Shown piece after piece: positions 11,321 to 20,986 of a stretch of 64,000 nt of DNA. Every line of letters starts with the position of its first letter. Position 1 is the stretch's first letter. The position numbers and the translations under genes were made by a program. The notes under the pieces were generated by a model that saw only the letters and a program-made list of their open reading frames with translations, had not been told where the DNA came from and did not search any database. The DNA comes from an uncultured Pelagibacteraceae bacterium (GTDB lineage Bacteria; Pseudomonadota; Alphaproteobacteria; Pelagibacterales; Pelagibacteraceae), in NCBI GenBank assembly GCA_902604055.1, contig CACKXA010000001.1, positions 10,789 to 74,788 on the forward strand. The letters are read 5' to 3'.

Positions 11321-11457
11321 TGATAGTCTTATAACCCCTTATTAAAAAAAACTGTGCAAAACTAATAATACTAACAGCTTTAAATCGTTTTAATGTTTTC
11401 AACTACAACATAATGTTTTAGTCATAATAAAAATACTAAATATAGCAAATATATACT

Positions 11458-11952
11458 ATGAGTTGGACTAGCGAGAAAGTTGAAAAATTAAAAGAGCTTT
11501 GGTCTAAGGGTCATACAGCTAGTCAAATAGCAGAAAAGCTGGGTGACACCACTCGTAACGCAGTAATTGGCAAAGCTCATAGATTAAATTTAGAAGCTAG
11601 AGCTCCTTCTAAACACTCAAGTTCAAGCAGATCAAAAGAAAATAAGCAGGTCATCAAACGCTCTGCTTCTCCGATGTCTAGAAAGGCTAAATTTCAGTCA
11701 ATTTTGCTTGATAAAAATTTTGAACCTGAAAACCCAAAGTCATTAGAGGAATTGACAGAAGAAACTTGTAAATGGCCAATAGGTCATCCTAATGAAGAGA
11801 AGTTTTATTTTTGCGGTAGAAAACCAGAGGGTGAATTTCCATATTGTAAACTTCATGTTTTATATGCCTTCCAGCCTAAAAACCAAAAAGAAGATGATCT
11901 AGGTGAAGAAATTCCAGAATTTATCGAGAAAAAAGTAAAATCTGCGGGCTAA
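11458..11952 (+). CDS. gcrA: Cell-cycle regulator GcrA
   Basis: MSWT...LKELW..G.TASQIA, TRNAVIGKAHRL, CKWPIGHP...FCG...YC..H. Confidence 0.95.
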   Translation: MSWTSEKVEKLKELWSKGHTASQIAEKLGDTTRNAVIGKAHRLNLEARAPSKHSSSSRSKENKQVIKRSASPMSRKAKFQSILLDKNFEPENPKSLEELTEETCKWPIGHPNEEKFYFCGRKPEGEFPYCKLHVLYAFQPKNQKEDDLGEEIPEFIEKKVKSAG

Positions 11953-11953
11953 A

Positions 11954-12355
11954 TTATTTACACTTTTTACAAAGACCAAAAAATTCTAAATTAAATCTTT
12001 TGAACTTCATTCCTTTTTTGTGATTAAAACTTGATAAATATTTTGAGAGTTTAACATCACTAATTTCATCAACCACTTCACAACTTTCACAAATTGAAAA
12101 CGCTGTAGCTTTTGAAATTTCACAATCAGAATTTTTACATGCAACAAAAGCATTTTTACTTTCAATTTTATGGATTTTTCCTATCTCAACTAATTTATCT
12201 AATGCTCGATAAACTTGTGGTGGAGCATTAATGCCTTTCTTCTGAACGTTGTAAAGTATCGTATATGCCTTTAAGGGCTCTGGAGATCTATCAATTAAAT
12301 CAAAAATTATTTGTTGATTTTTGGAAAGATTGTTTTCTTTATGCATTCTAGTCAT
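11954..12355 (-). CDS. zur: Zinc uptake regulator (Fur family)
   Basis: PPQVYRALD, two CxxC motifs; co-oriented with znuCB. Confidence 0.9.
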   Translation of the reverse strand: MTRMHKENNLSKNQQIIFDLIDRSPEPLKAYTILYNVQKKGINAPPQVYRALDKLVEIGKIHKIESKNAFVACKNSDCEISKATAFSICESCEVVDEISDVKLSKYLSSFNHKKGMKFKRFNLEFFGLCKKCK

Positions 12356-12370
12356 TGTACTGATTCTTCA

Positions 12371-13174
12371 TTAATTTTTCAATTTAATCGATTGTTTAAT
12401 TTTTACTAATGAAAGTATGAATAAAAACAAGGAAGCCGCAATGATTGATGGGCCTGAAGACGTATTAAACTGTAACGAAGTAAATAAACCCAAAATTACA
12501 GACAACAAACCTCCAAGTACTGAATAAATTACCATACTCTGGGGGCTTGAGGAAATATTTCGAGCCATTGCAGCTGGTATGATTAACATTCCTGTAATTA
12601 ATAATAGTCCAACCATTTTAATTGAAATGGCAATTATCCCAGCCATTAAAATCGTAAATATAGCTTTAGCTCTATCAGGATTTAAACCTTCGGCTTCTGC
12701 TAATTCGTAGTTTACAGTTGATGCAAATAAAGGTTTCCAAATCAATTTAAGAATTAATAACATTAATGGCCCTCCTATCCATATAATTAATAAATCATCA
12801 GCTGTAACTGCTAATATATCCCCAAATAATAATCCCATAATATCAAACCTTATGAATGTTAAAAAACCAATAACAACTAGTCCAACTGCTAAGGATGAGT
12901 GAGCCAAAAGTCCTAATAAAGCATCACCTGGTAGATTAGTTCTTTTTTGAAGTTGTATCAGAATTAATGCGATACAAGATGAAATTATAAATACTGAAAT
13001 AGCAATATTAAATTCCATAGTATAAGCCAGTGTTACTCCGAGTAAAGCAGAGTGGGCAAGAGTATCACCAAAATATGATAATCGTCTCCATATAACAAAA
13101 CATCCAAGAGGCCCAGTTACAAATGCAATACCAAGTCCAGCTAATAAAGCTCTTATAAAAAAATCATCTAACAT
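12371..13174 (-). CDS. znuB: Zinc ABC transporter permease
   Basis: WRRLSYFGDTLAHSALLG, LLFGDIL, IIPAAMAR. Confidence 0.93.
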   Translation of the reverse strand: MLDDFFIRALLAGLGIAFVTGPLGCFVIWRRLSYFGDTLAHSALLGVTLAYTMEFNIAISVFIISSCIALILIQLQKRTNLPGDALLGLLAHSSLAVGLVVIGFLTFIRFDIMGLLFGDILAVTADDLLIIWIGGPLMLLILKLIWKPLFASTVNYELAEAEGLNPDRAKAIFTILMAGIIAISIKMVGLLLITGMLIIPAAMARNISSSPQSMVIYSVLGGLLSVILGLFTSLQFNTSSGPSIIAASLFLFILSLVKIKQSIKLKN

Positions 13175-13921
13175 TTAATTTTTTTTTATTTCACCTTCAT
13201 TTGTATGAATATGATCATGGCTATGTTTATATCTTGTAAGTATTTGGGAGGCTTGTTCTCCAAATAAAGCTTTATATTCATTATTTTTTGCAACATCTAA
13301 TGGAGAACCTGAACAACAGACATGACCGTTTAGGCAAACAACATGGTCAGTAGCACTCATTACAGTATGTAAGTCGTGAGAGATTAATAGTATTCCACAA
13401 TTCAATTCATCGGAAATTTTTTTTATAAGTTCGTATAAAGCAATTTCGCCAGTAAAATCCACTCCTTGCACTGGCTCATCAAGCACTAAAAGTTCTGGTT
13501 TTTTTGAAATAGCTCTTGCAAGTAATACTCTTTGAAACTCACCGCCTGATAAATCACCTAAATTTTTATCTTTTAGATGAATTACACCTGTTAAAGTTAA
13601 AGCTTCATTAATAGCCTCTTCTTTAAGATTTTCAGTCAGCACCATAAAATCGTTTACTCTAAGAGGCAGTGTCCAATCAATTGAAATTTTTTGAGGAACA
13701 TATCCAATTTTATTTGTGTGTTTTTCTACCTCTCCATCAATTTTTTTATAAATTCCTAAAGCAATTTTAGCGGTTGTGCTTTTTCCAGAACCATTCGGAC
13801 CAATAAGAGTAACTATTTTACCTCTTTCAATTTCTAGTGATACTCCTTTAACGAGCCATTTGCCGTTTATACGAAAACCTGCTTGTTTTAATTTTACTAA
13901 AATATTTTGATTTAAGCTCAT
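13175..13921 (-). CDS. znuC: Zinc ABC transporter ATPase
   Basis: GPNGSGKS, LSGGEFQR, LDEP, HVCCSG and a His-rich tail. Confidence 0.94.
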   Translation of the reverse strand: MSLNQNILVKLKQAGFRINGKWLVKGVSLEIERGKIVTLIGPNGSGKSTTAKIALGIYKKIDGEVEKHTNKIGYVPQKISIDWTLPLRVNDFMVLTENLKEEAINEALTLTGVIHLKDKNLGDLSGGEFQRVLLARAISKKPELLVLDEPVQGVDFTGEIALYELIKKISDELNCGILLISHDLHTVMSATDHVVCLNGHVCCSGSPLDVAKNNEYKALFGEQASQILTRYKHSHDHIHTNEGEIKKN

Positions 13922-13940
13922 TTTATCCCTTGACTCTAAA

Positions 13941-13975
13941 ACGTTATATTATTACATAGTGTTATATTATAACAA
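13941..13975. promoter_or_regulatory. Tandem Zur boxes in the divergent znuC/znuA promoter
   Basis: Perfect palindrome TGTTATA-T-TATAACA at 13960-13974, plus an imperfect copy CGTTATATTATTACA at 13942-13956; matches the proteobacterial Zur consensus. Confidence 0.85.
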
Positions 13976-13993
13976 TTCTAACATACTATTATT

Positions 13994-15040
13994 ATGAAAA
14001 ACATTAAAAAATTACCATTTATATTATCAATATTATCTCTATTTATTATTTTCTCGCCAGCAAAAGCTGACATCAAAGTAGTTACTTCAATAAAACCTAT
14101 ACACTCATTAGCAAGTTATTTGATGGATGGGGTAGGTAAACCAGATTTAATAGTAGATGGATATGCTTCACCACACGGATTTGCAATGAAACCGTCTCAC
14201 GCAAAAATGTTACAAAATGCTGACTTAATCTTTTGGATTGGCGAAGACTTAGAAAGTTTTTTAGAAAAACCATTAAATTCAATAGCAAAAAAAGCTGAAA
14301 AAATAGAATTAATGGAAATTAAAGGTTTAAATAAATTAGAATTTAGAGAAAGAAACATATTTGAAGGACATGATGATCATGGACATGACGAGCATAAAAA
14401 AGAAGACGAACATAAAGAACATGGTCATAAAGAAGATAAACACGATGAACATGGTCATGACGACCACAAAGAAGATGAACATAAAGAACATGGTCATAAA
14501 GATGATAAACACGATGATCACCATGAGCATGCTCACGGTGAACATGATCCGCACATCTGGTTAGATCCAATGAACGCAAAAGTGATTTTAAAAGAAATGG
14601 CAGAGCATTTAATAGAAAATGATCAAAAAAATGCATCTACGTATAAAGCTAATTTAAAAAAAGCACTCAAAGATTTAGATAAACTTACAAAAAAAGTAAA
14701 ATCTGAGTTAAATAAAGATTTTAAATCGATTGTTTTCCATGATGCCTATCAATATTTTGAAAAAAGATTTGATGTAAATGTTCTAGGAGCTTTTACTGTA
14801 AATACTGATGTATTGCCTGGGGCTGAACAATTATCTGAAATCAGAGAAATAATTGAACATGACAAAGTAAGTTGTGTGTTTTCTGAACCTCAATTTAATC
14901 CTGACATAATCAATGCAGTAGCGAAAGATATGAATATTAAAACTGGTGTTTTAGATCCATTGGGAGCCACTTTAACTCCAGGAAAAACTTTATATTTTGA
15001 TCTAATTAGCAATATGTCTAAGTCCTTTAAAAGTTGTTAA
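13994..15040 (+). CDS. znuA: Zinc ABC transporter substrate-binding protein
   Basis: Signal peptide, SPHG, DPHIWLDP, FHDAYQYF and a long His/Asp/Glu loop. Confidence 0.95.
   Translation: MKNIKKLPFILSILSLFIIFSPAKADIKVVTSIKPIHSLASYLMDGVGKPDLIVDGYASPHGFAMKPSHAKMLQNADLIFWIGEDLESFLEKPLNSIAKKAEKIELMEIKGLNKLEFRERNIFEGHDDHGHDEHKKEDEHKEHGHKEDKHDEHGHDDHKEDEHKEHGHKDDKHDDHHEHAHGEHDPHIWLDPMNAKVILKEMAEHLIENDQKNASTYKANLKKALKDLDKLTKKVKSELNKDFKSIVFHDAYQYFEKRFDVNVLGAFTVNTDVLPGAEQLSEIREIIEHDKVSCVFSEPQFNPDIINAVAKDMNIKTGVLDPLGATLTPGKTLYFDLISNMSKSFKSC
14402..14517 (+). repeat. 69-nt-period duplication within the znuA His-rich loop
   Basis: GAAGAyGAACATAAAGAACATGGTCATAAAGAwGATAAACACGATGA starts at 14402 and again at 14471. 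Confidence 0.85.
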
Positions 15041-15117
15041 TTTTTAAGGTCAAAGTATCTTTCTCGTCTAAATTATAATAAATTCTAAACGAAGAATATA
15101 ATTATAGGAGAGATCAG

Positions 15118-15339
15118 ATGTTTATTAAAAAATATCTTAAATGGATAAGCACTTTTTTAGTTTTAACAGGGATTTTGTTAACTAACTTAAATATGTATCC
15201 AATAAATATAATGTTTCATGGTGCTGGAGTTGTAGGTTGGACCATAGCTGGATTTTTATCTAAGGATAAAGCAATTCTTACTAACTTTGGATTACAGATA
15301 CCTTTATTTATGGTTGGATTTTATCAATTGCTATTTTAA
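15118..15339 (+). CDS. Small membrane protein (DUF6552-like)
   Basis: GGAG RBS, hydrophobic segments, KW...N.YP.NI...W pattern. Confidence 0.7.
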   Translation: MFIKKYLKWISTFLVLTGILLTNLNMYPINIMFHGAGVVGWTIAGFLSKDKAILTNFGLQIPLFMVGFYQLLF

Positions 15340-15989
15340 TGAAAAATAAAATATTTATAGGTGAATTTATAGGTAGTGCCTTTTTAGTCATGGTCATTGT
15401 TGGTTCTGGGATAATGGCTCAGAATTTAACTAGGGACTTTGCAGTCATGTTATTAGCAAATACACTGGCTACTGGAGCGGGTTTATTTGTTTTAATTAGT
15501 TCAATTGCTAATATTTCAGGTGCTCATTTTAATCCTGTGGTCACAATGGCAATGTATTTTACAAAAAAAATTAAAAAAGATTTAATAGTTACTTATATAA
15601 GTGCACAAATTTTAGGTTGCTTATTAGGAGTAATGCTTGCAAATTTTATGTTTGATTTACCCCTTATAGAGTTATCAAGAAAAGCAAGGCCAGGGATAAA
15701 TATTTTTATTGCCGAACTTATAGCTACTTTTGGTTTGATTTTTATAATATTTGGTTCGCTTAAGAATGGTACTGTTGCAGTGGCTGCATCCGTTGCAACT
15801 TATATTACTGCTGGGTACTGGTTTACTTCATCAACTTCTTTTGCTAACCCTGCGGTTGCATTAGCAAGAACTTTTACTGATACATTTACAGGTATTAATT
15901 ATTTAAACACACCTACTTATATTTTTGCAGAAATACTCGGTGCCTTATTAGCTTTATTTATAATTCAGAAAATTTTTTTCAAAAAATAA
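15339..15989 (+). CDS. MIP/aquaporin family channel
   Basis: SGAHFNPVV and YWFTSSTSFANPAV signature loops. Confidence 0.9.
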   Translation: MKNKIFIGEFIGSAFLVMVIVGSGIMAQNLTRDFAVMLLANTLATGAGLFVLISSIANISGAHFNPVVTMAMYFTKKIKKDLIVTYISAQILGCLLGVMLANFMFDLPLIELSRKARPGINIFIAELIATFGLIFIIFGSLKNGTVAVAASVATYITAGYWFTSSTSFANPAVALARTFTDTFTGINYLNTPTYIFAEILGALLALFIIQKIFFKK

Positions 15990-16258
15990 TCCCGTGAAAT
16001 GCACGTGTGAAACTACCTTTTTTTTACTTAAATTTTTGAAATATAATGTTATCAAATTTATAGAATAAATTAGTTTACCAACAGCTAATTAGTTTGCAAA
16101 AAATCAAAAAATTTTTATAAACAATCCAAGTCCCATACAAAAAAAAATAAAAACAAATTCTTTAGTAGATTAATTTTTAACATCATTTAAAACTTTCATT
16201 AAGAATGACGATTCGGATGTCAAGAATAACAATATAAAAATGACAAAAAGGAAATAAA

Positions 16259-17227
16259 ATGGAACTTACTTTAATATACACGATTATAGGGTTCGGGTTA
16301 GCAGGTTACAGTGTAATCGCTAACGACTCTATACAAACACTCGGAACATTTATTGCTTCAAAGCAAAAATGGTTTAAATGGTACACATTAGCAAGTGCTG
16401 CCTCTCTAGTAATGATTTTTGCGATAACTTGGGGTTGGTACAGTTATGACGGAGATATTTCTTACGGAAGATTAACAAGAATACCTTTCCAAGAAATTCA
16501 ATGGTACCACGCGGTCGCTCCAGCAATTCTATTGTTACTTACAAGAATTGGTATTCCAGTATCTACAACTTTTTTAGTTTTATCTGCATTTGCCTCAACA
16601 ATAGTTTTAGAGAAAATGCTTGTAAAAAGTATAGTGGGTTATGGTATAGCAGCAACAGTTGCTTACATCAGTTGGATAGCGGTTTCTAAATTTATTAATG
16701 AGAAATTAGATGAAGTTAAAGGTGAAACATGGATTGCATTTTGGCGTAATGCAGTTTGGGTATCATCAGGTTGGTTATGGTGGGTTTGGTTATCACATGA
16801 TGTCGCAAACATTGCTGTGTACTTACCTAGACAATTAGATTTATCATTACTTTTAATTGTATTAACATATTTTACCGCTCTTCTTTTTTACATCTTTTAC
16901 ATTAAAGGTGGTCCAATACAAAAAGTGGTCTTAGAAAAAACTGGTACCAGATATGCTCGTTCAGCTACTATTATTAACGTAATATACGCTGCCGTTCTTT
17001 TTTACTTTAAAGAACTGAACGATCTTCCAATGTCAACAACATGGGTATTTGTTGGTTTACTATGCGGAAGAGAGCTGGCAATTTCTACAATGAATAAGGA
17101 CTATAAATTCAAATATGTGTTTCCACTTATAGGAAAAGACTTTGTGAAAATGATATTTGGTTTAAGTGTTTCGGTAGCAATAGTGCTAGCAATTCATTAC
17201 TTTATAATTCCTAAGGGATTATATTAA
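16259..17227 (+). CDS. Polytopic membrane protein, possible PiT-like anion permease
   Basis: ANDSIQTLG, IPVSTT, HDVAN and LPMSTT recall the duplicated PiT signatures; AAGGA RBS. Confidence 0.65.
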   Translation: MELTLIYTIIGFGLAGYSVIANDSIQTLGTFIASKQKWFKWYTLASAASLVMIFAITWGWYSYDGDISYGRLTRIPFQEIQWYHAVAPAILLLLTRIGIPVSTTFLVLSAFASTIVLEKMLVKSIVGYGIAATVAYISWIAVSKFINEKLDEVKGETWIAFWRNAVWVSSGWLWWVWLSHDVANIAVYLPRQLDLSLLLIVLTYFTALLFYIFYIKGGPIQKVVLEKTGTRYARSATIINVIYAAVLFYFKELNDLPMSTTWVFVGLLCGRELAISTMNKDYKFKYVFPLIGKDFVKMIFGLSVSVAIVLAIHYFIIPKGLY

Positions 17228-17236
17228 TCATCAAGA

Positions 17237-17467
17237 CTATTTTTTCTTCTGGAGATCTTCATAAATTTTTTTGAGATCTTCAGGAGATAAATTTTTATCT
17301 TTCAACTTATCTAAAATCTCCTCGTCTTCTTGGCTGACATTTTCATTTCTTTGTTGCTCTTTTACTTCACCTCTAGCTTCAAATCCTTTTTTGATATGTT
17401 TTGCTGAAACTAAGATTACTACGATAGCAATAATAACCGCTAAAGATAAAAATAATAATGTCATCAT
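17237..17467 (-). CDS. Small single-TM hypothetical protein
   Basis: N-terminal hydrophobic helix and charged tail; tightly packed after the SMR gene. Confidence 0.6.
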   Translation of the reverse strand: MMTLLFLSLAVIIAIVVILVSAKHIKKGFEARGEVKEQQRNENVSQEDEEILDKLKDKNLSPEDLKKIYEDLQKKK

Positions 17468-17469
17468 CT

Positions 17470-17814
17470 CTATTTTACCCTTCCAAATATATTTAATAAG
17501 ATCACACCCGCGATAATTAAAATTAAACCCAATGTACCGTAAATATTTGGCGATTGATTATATTTTAAAATCCCAAACAAAGTTACTGCTGTAATTGTAA
17601 GAGCTCCATAAGTTGCATAAGTGAAACCTACGGGAATAACGCTCATAGCTTTTGAGAGACAAAATATACAAATAAACATATTTGCTACACAGAAAATAGT
17701 TGGCCCAAGTTTAGTAAAGCCTTCTGTAGTTTTTAAAAAACTATTTGAAGTAATGCCAGTTAAGGTTGCTAAAATTAAAAAGATATATCCTGATAACAAA
17801 CTAATACTTTTCAT
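17470..17814 (-). CDS. SMR/DMT family small transporter
   Basis: Four TMs with K.TEGFTK, IPVG..YA and G..LIIAGVILLN motifs. Confidence 0.85.
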   Translation of the reverse strand: MKSISLLSGYIFLILATLTGITSNSFLKTTEGFTKLGPTIFCVANMFICIFCLSKAMSVIPVGFTYATYGALTITAVTLFGILKYNQSPNIYGTLGLILIIAGVILLNIFGRVK

Positions 17815-18752
17815 TGTGCTTTTGCAAACTGTCCACCATCTCTAAATCTCCATAACCATTTTTTCATAGCTTCCTCAACATCAGATGGTTTTACGTTAAG
17901 ATCTTGTAGTGTTAGATGATTATTTGAAACAACGTTATCTGCCTCCGATAATATTTCACATTGATCTCGAGTTAATATTGGAGGTATCGGAAGCAAACTC
18001 ATAACACTACTTTGAATTTTTGCAATTGGCATCGGCATTTCAACAACAAATCTTTTTTTATTTATTGTTCTTAAAATTGATTTAACCATGTCACCAAAAC
18101 TAATTACTTTTGGCCCACCTATTTCGTAAATTTTTCCATGATTATCTTTTGTTTCAATAGCCTTAACTATCGCATCAGCTACATCAGTAACTAATATAGG
18201 TTGAAATTTATAATTAATACCAACTACTGGAATGATTGGTAAAATGCTTAATTTAGAAAATAAATTTGTAAAATTATCCTCTGTTCCACAAACAACGCTT
18301 GGTCTTATTATTACTGTATTTTTAAAATTTGTTAATGCCTTTACTTCTCCTTGAAATTTAGATCTTTGATATAATGATTTTGAGTTTTCGCTTGCCCCTA
18401 TCGCCGAAATATTTATGAATTTTTTTACATCTGATTGAGCGCATATTTTTGCAACTGCCTCAGGTATATCTCTATGAATTTTCATAAATTTTTGTTTTCT
18501 CGTCTCATAGAGAATTCCAATTAAGTTGATTACTACATCGGAATTTTTGATTGACTCTTTCAATTGGCTAAAGTTACTTGGATTCCATTCAATTAACTCT
18601 ATAGCTCCTGGAGTGGCTTGGGTCTTTAAGGAACCCTTCTGAAATGGCGTTCTTGTTGAAATAATACAACGGTAGTTTTTCTTGTTCAACAAACGCACCA
18701 GATATTTATTTAAAAAACCTGAACCTAATATTGTCACAATTTTATTATTCAT
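17811..18752 (-). CDS. Complex I NDUFA9-like NAD(P)-binding SDR protein
   Basis: DVVINLIGIL, ISAIGA, Y.RSK..GE, IRPS, FQPILVTDVA. Confidence 0.88.
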   Translation of the reverse strand: MNNKIVTILGSGFLNKYLVRLLNKKNYRCIISTRTPFQKGSLKTQATPGAIELIEWNPSNFSQLKESIKNSDVVINLIGILYETRKQKFMKIHRDIPEAVAKICAQSDVKKFINISAIGASENSKSLYQRSKFQGEVKALTNFKNTVIIRPSVVCGTEDNFTNLFSKLSILPIIPVVGINYKFQPILVTDVADAIVKAIETKDNHGKIYEIGGPKVISFGDMVKSILRTINKKRFVVEMPMPIAKIQSSVMSLLPIPPILTRDQCEILSEADNVVSNNHLTLQDLNVKPSDVEEAMKKWLWRFRDGGQFAKAQ

Positions 18753-18770
18753 GATATTAAGAAACTATAT

Positions 18771-19394
18771 ATGAAAATAAATAAGATAAAAGAGGACATA
18801 ACTTCAGAGATAGCTAAATCCTTTAAAAATGAAATTTCCCTAGACTGTGAAGCAACAGGACTCCAAATTCCGGAAAGAGATAAGCTGAGTTTAATACAAT
18901 TGGCGGACCAAAATGGAAATGTTTACATTATTCAGCCAAACAAAAAAACTTACAAAGCCCCAAATTTAGTTTCTGTTTTAGAAAATGATAAGATTCTTAA
19001 AATTGGACATTTCTTAAGATTTGACAAAAGTGCTTTAGAGTTTTTTCTTAAGTGCAAAATGAAATCCATATTCTGTTCCAAAATAGCTTCTCGCCTGTGT
19101 AGGACGTATTCAAGCGAGCATGGCTTAAAGAACTTAGTGCAAGAATTTTGTGGGAAAAAAATTGATAAGAAATATGGAAGTTCTGATTGGAATAAAGATT
19201 TAGACGATCTTTCAGACAATCAACTACAATATGCTGCTAACGATGTTATTTATCTTCACAAAATCAAGCAAGAACTTTCCAAAATGTTATTGAGGGAAAA
19301 TAGAATGGATCTATTTAAAAATTGCATGGATTTTTTAGAAACAAGAGTTGAATTAGATCAGAAGGGGTTTAAAGACGATATCTTTCATCACTAA
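18771..19394 (+). CDS. rnd: Ribonuclease D-like 3'-5' exonuclease
   Basis: DCE, HFLRFD, SSDW and YAANDV DEDDy motifs; upstream of kdsD. Confidence 0.85.
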   Translation: MKINKIKEDITSEIAKSFKNEISLDCEATGLQIPERDKLSLIQLADQNGNVYIIQPNKKTYKAPNLVSVLENDKILKIGHFLRFDKSALEFFLKCKMKSIFCSKIASRLCRTYSSEHGLKNLVQEFCGKKIDKKYGSSDWNKDLDDLSDNQLQYAANDVIYLHKIKQELSKMLLRENRMDLFKNCMDFLETRVELDQKGFKDDIFHH

Positions 19395-19397
19395 AAA

Positions 19398-20375
19398 ATG
19401 AATAAGAAGAATTATATATCTCTAGCCAAAAAAGCGGCGAATATTCAAATCAATGAATTAAAAAAAATAAATAAAGTTTTTAATAACTCTTTTGTCAGAG
19501 CAGTCGATTTAATTCTAAATTGTAAAGGTAAAGTTGTTTTTGGAGGAATTGGTAAGTCAGGACTGATTGCTAGAAAAATTTCAGCCACATTTTCAAGTGT
19601 TGGAATACCAAGTTTCTTTTGTGATCCTGCACAAGCTCTACACGGTGATATGGGCCAAATTGAAAAGAAAGATATTTTAATTATTTTTTCCTACTCAGGA
19701 AATACTTCAGAGCTAACAAACATGCTTAAATATGCTAATCGTTTTGGAATAAAAATTATAGGTGTTGCGTCTAAGCCAGATAGTCTTCTTCTTAAGGCAA
19801 GTGACATAAAAATTTTGCTACCAAAAGTTAAAGAATCTGATGTAACAGGAATGGTTCCAACAACAAGCACATCGATTACCATGTTGCTAGGAGACTGTTT
19901 GGCTACGACTGTTATGCATAAAAGAAATTTTTCCAAAGAAAAGTTTAAAACTTTTCATCCAGGTGGAAATATTGGAAATTCTCTACTCCTAGCAAAAGAT
20001 ATAATGGTCAAAGGTAATAGATTACCAGTAATAAATTATAAGAAAAGATTGACCGATGCTCTAAAAATTATAAATCAAAAAAAATTAGGTATTGTAGTAA
20101 TACTTAAAAATAGCAATATTGTTGGACTGGTCACTGATGGAGATTTAAGAAGAGAAATGAAATTTATTTCAAAAACAAATGATTTAACAAAATTTATGAC
20201 AAAAAAACCTCTTATGATTAATGAAAGTATGCCAGCCTCAAAGGCATTAGCAATAATGAATGAGAGAAAAATTACTAGTTTACTTGTAGTTTCTGACAGG
20301 GATTATAAAAGAAAAAACAGTATAAAACTTAAGGGAATAATTCATATTCATTTCTTGTTAAGTCGCGGTATATGA
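19398..20375 (+). CDS. kdsD: Arabinose-5-phosphate isomerase (KpsF/GutQ)
   Basis: GIGKSG, HGDMG, PTTS, FHPGG and two CBS domains. Confidence 0.95.
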   Translation: MNKKNYISLAKKAANIQINELKKINKVFNNSFVRAVDLILNCKGKVVFGGIGKSGLIARKISATFSSVGIPSFFCDPAQALHGDMGQIEKKDILIIFSYSGNTSELTNMLKYANRFGIKIIGVASKPDSLLLKASDIKILLPKVKESDVTGMVPTTSTSITMLLGDCLATTVMHKRNFSKEKFKTFHPGGNIGNSLLLAKDIMVKGNRLPVINYKKRLTDALKIINQKKLGIVVILKNSNIVGLVTDGDLRREMKFISKTNDLTKFMTKKPLMINESMPASKALAIMNERKITSLLVVSDRDYKRKNSIKLKGIIHIHFLLSRGI

Positions 20376-20986
20376 TAATTGATAGAAAAAAAAAACTTAG
20401 ACTAATTCAATTCTTTTTACTTTTTTTTGGCTTATTAGCGATTTATTTAACATATTACAATAAAGAATTGAATGAAGATCAAAGTTCAATTTCTAAAAAA
20501 ATACCAAAAAAAAATCAAAATATTTCTGAAGAGGATGAAAGAGATTTATTTTTCAATATCGAATATTCAGGTTTCGATCTTCAAGGAAATAGATATTCTT
20601 TGAAATCAGAAGAAGCATTTATAGATAAGCTTAATTCTGAGATAGTGTATATGAAAAATGTAAATGCAATTTTTTATTTTAAAGATAATACTATTCTTTA
20701 CGTAAGTTCTAATAATGGTATTTACAATAATAAAACACTTGATATGAAATTTGAACAAAATGTTAAGGCAAATTACTTAAGTAGTGAACTTTTTGCTGAA
20801 AAGGCCGAATATTCAAACAGTCAAAGTTTTCTTAGTATTTATGAAAATGTAAGAATTAATGATATAAAAGGAAACCTGATTGCAGACAAATTATTATTTG
20901 ATATAACTGATCAGAAATTAGATATAACTTCTTTTACTGATGGTAAAATAAATGCGAATGTAAATTTAAATGAAAAAAAGTTTTAG
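20372..20986 (+). CDS. lptC: LPS export protein, LptC-like
   Basis: N-terminal TM anchor, beta-rich body, position between kdsD and lptB. Confidence 0.75.
   Translation: MIIDRKKKLRLIQFFLLFFGLLAIYLTYYNKELNEDQSSISKKIPKKNQNISEEDERDLFFNIEYSGFDLQGNRYSLKSEEAFIDKLNSEIVYMKNVNAIFYFKDNTILYVSSNNGIYNNKTLDMKFEQNVKANYLSSELFAEKAEYSNSQSFLSIYENVRINDIKGNLIADKLLFDITDQKLDITSFTDGKINANVNLNEKKF

Noticed and set aside
11380-11393. Possible CtrA site upstream of gcrA
   Set aside because: TTAA-N6-TTAA rather than N7, in an AT-rich background.
14336-14636. Met/Phe-rich and His-rich alternative-frame ORFs with repeats, superficially array-like
   Set aside because: By-products of the znuA His loop; no spacer structure and no cas genes, so not CRISPR.
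15990-16258. Short hairpin and AATTAGTTT direct repeat; possible Pho box
   Set aside because: Too short and AT-rich, with no properly spaced Pho-box repeat.
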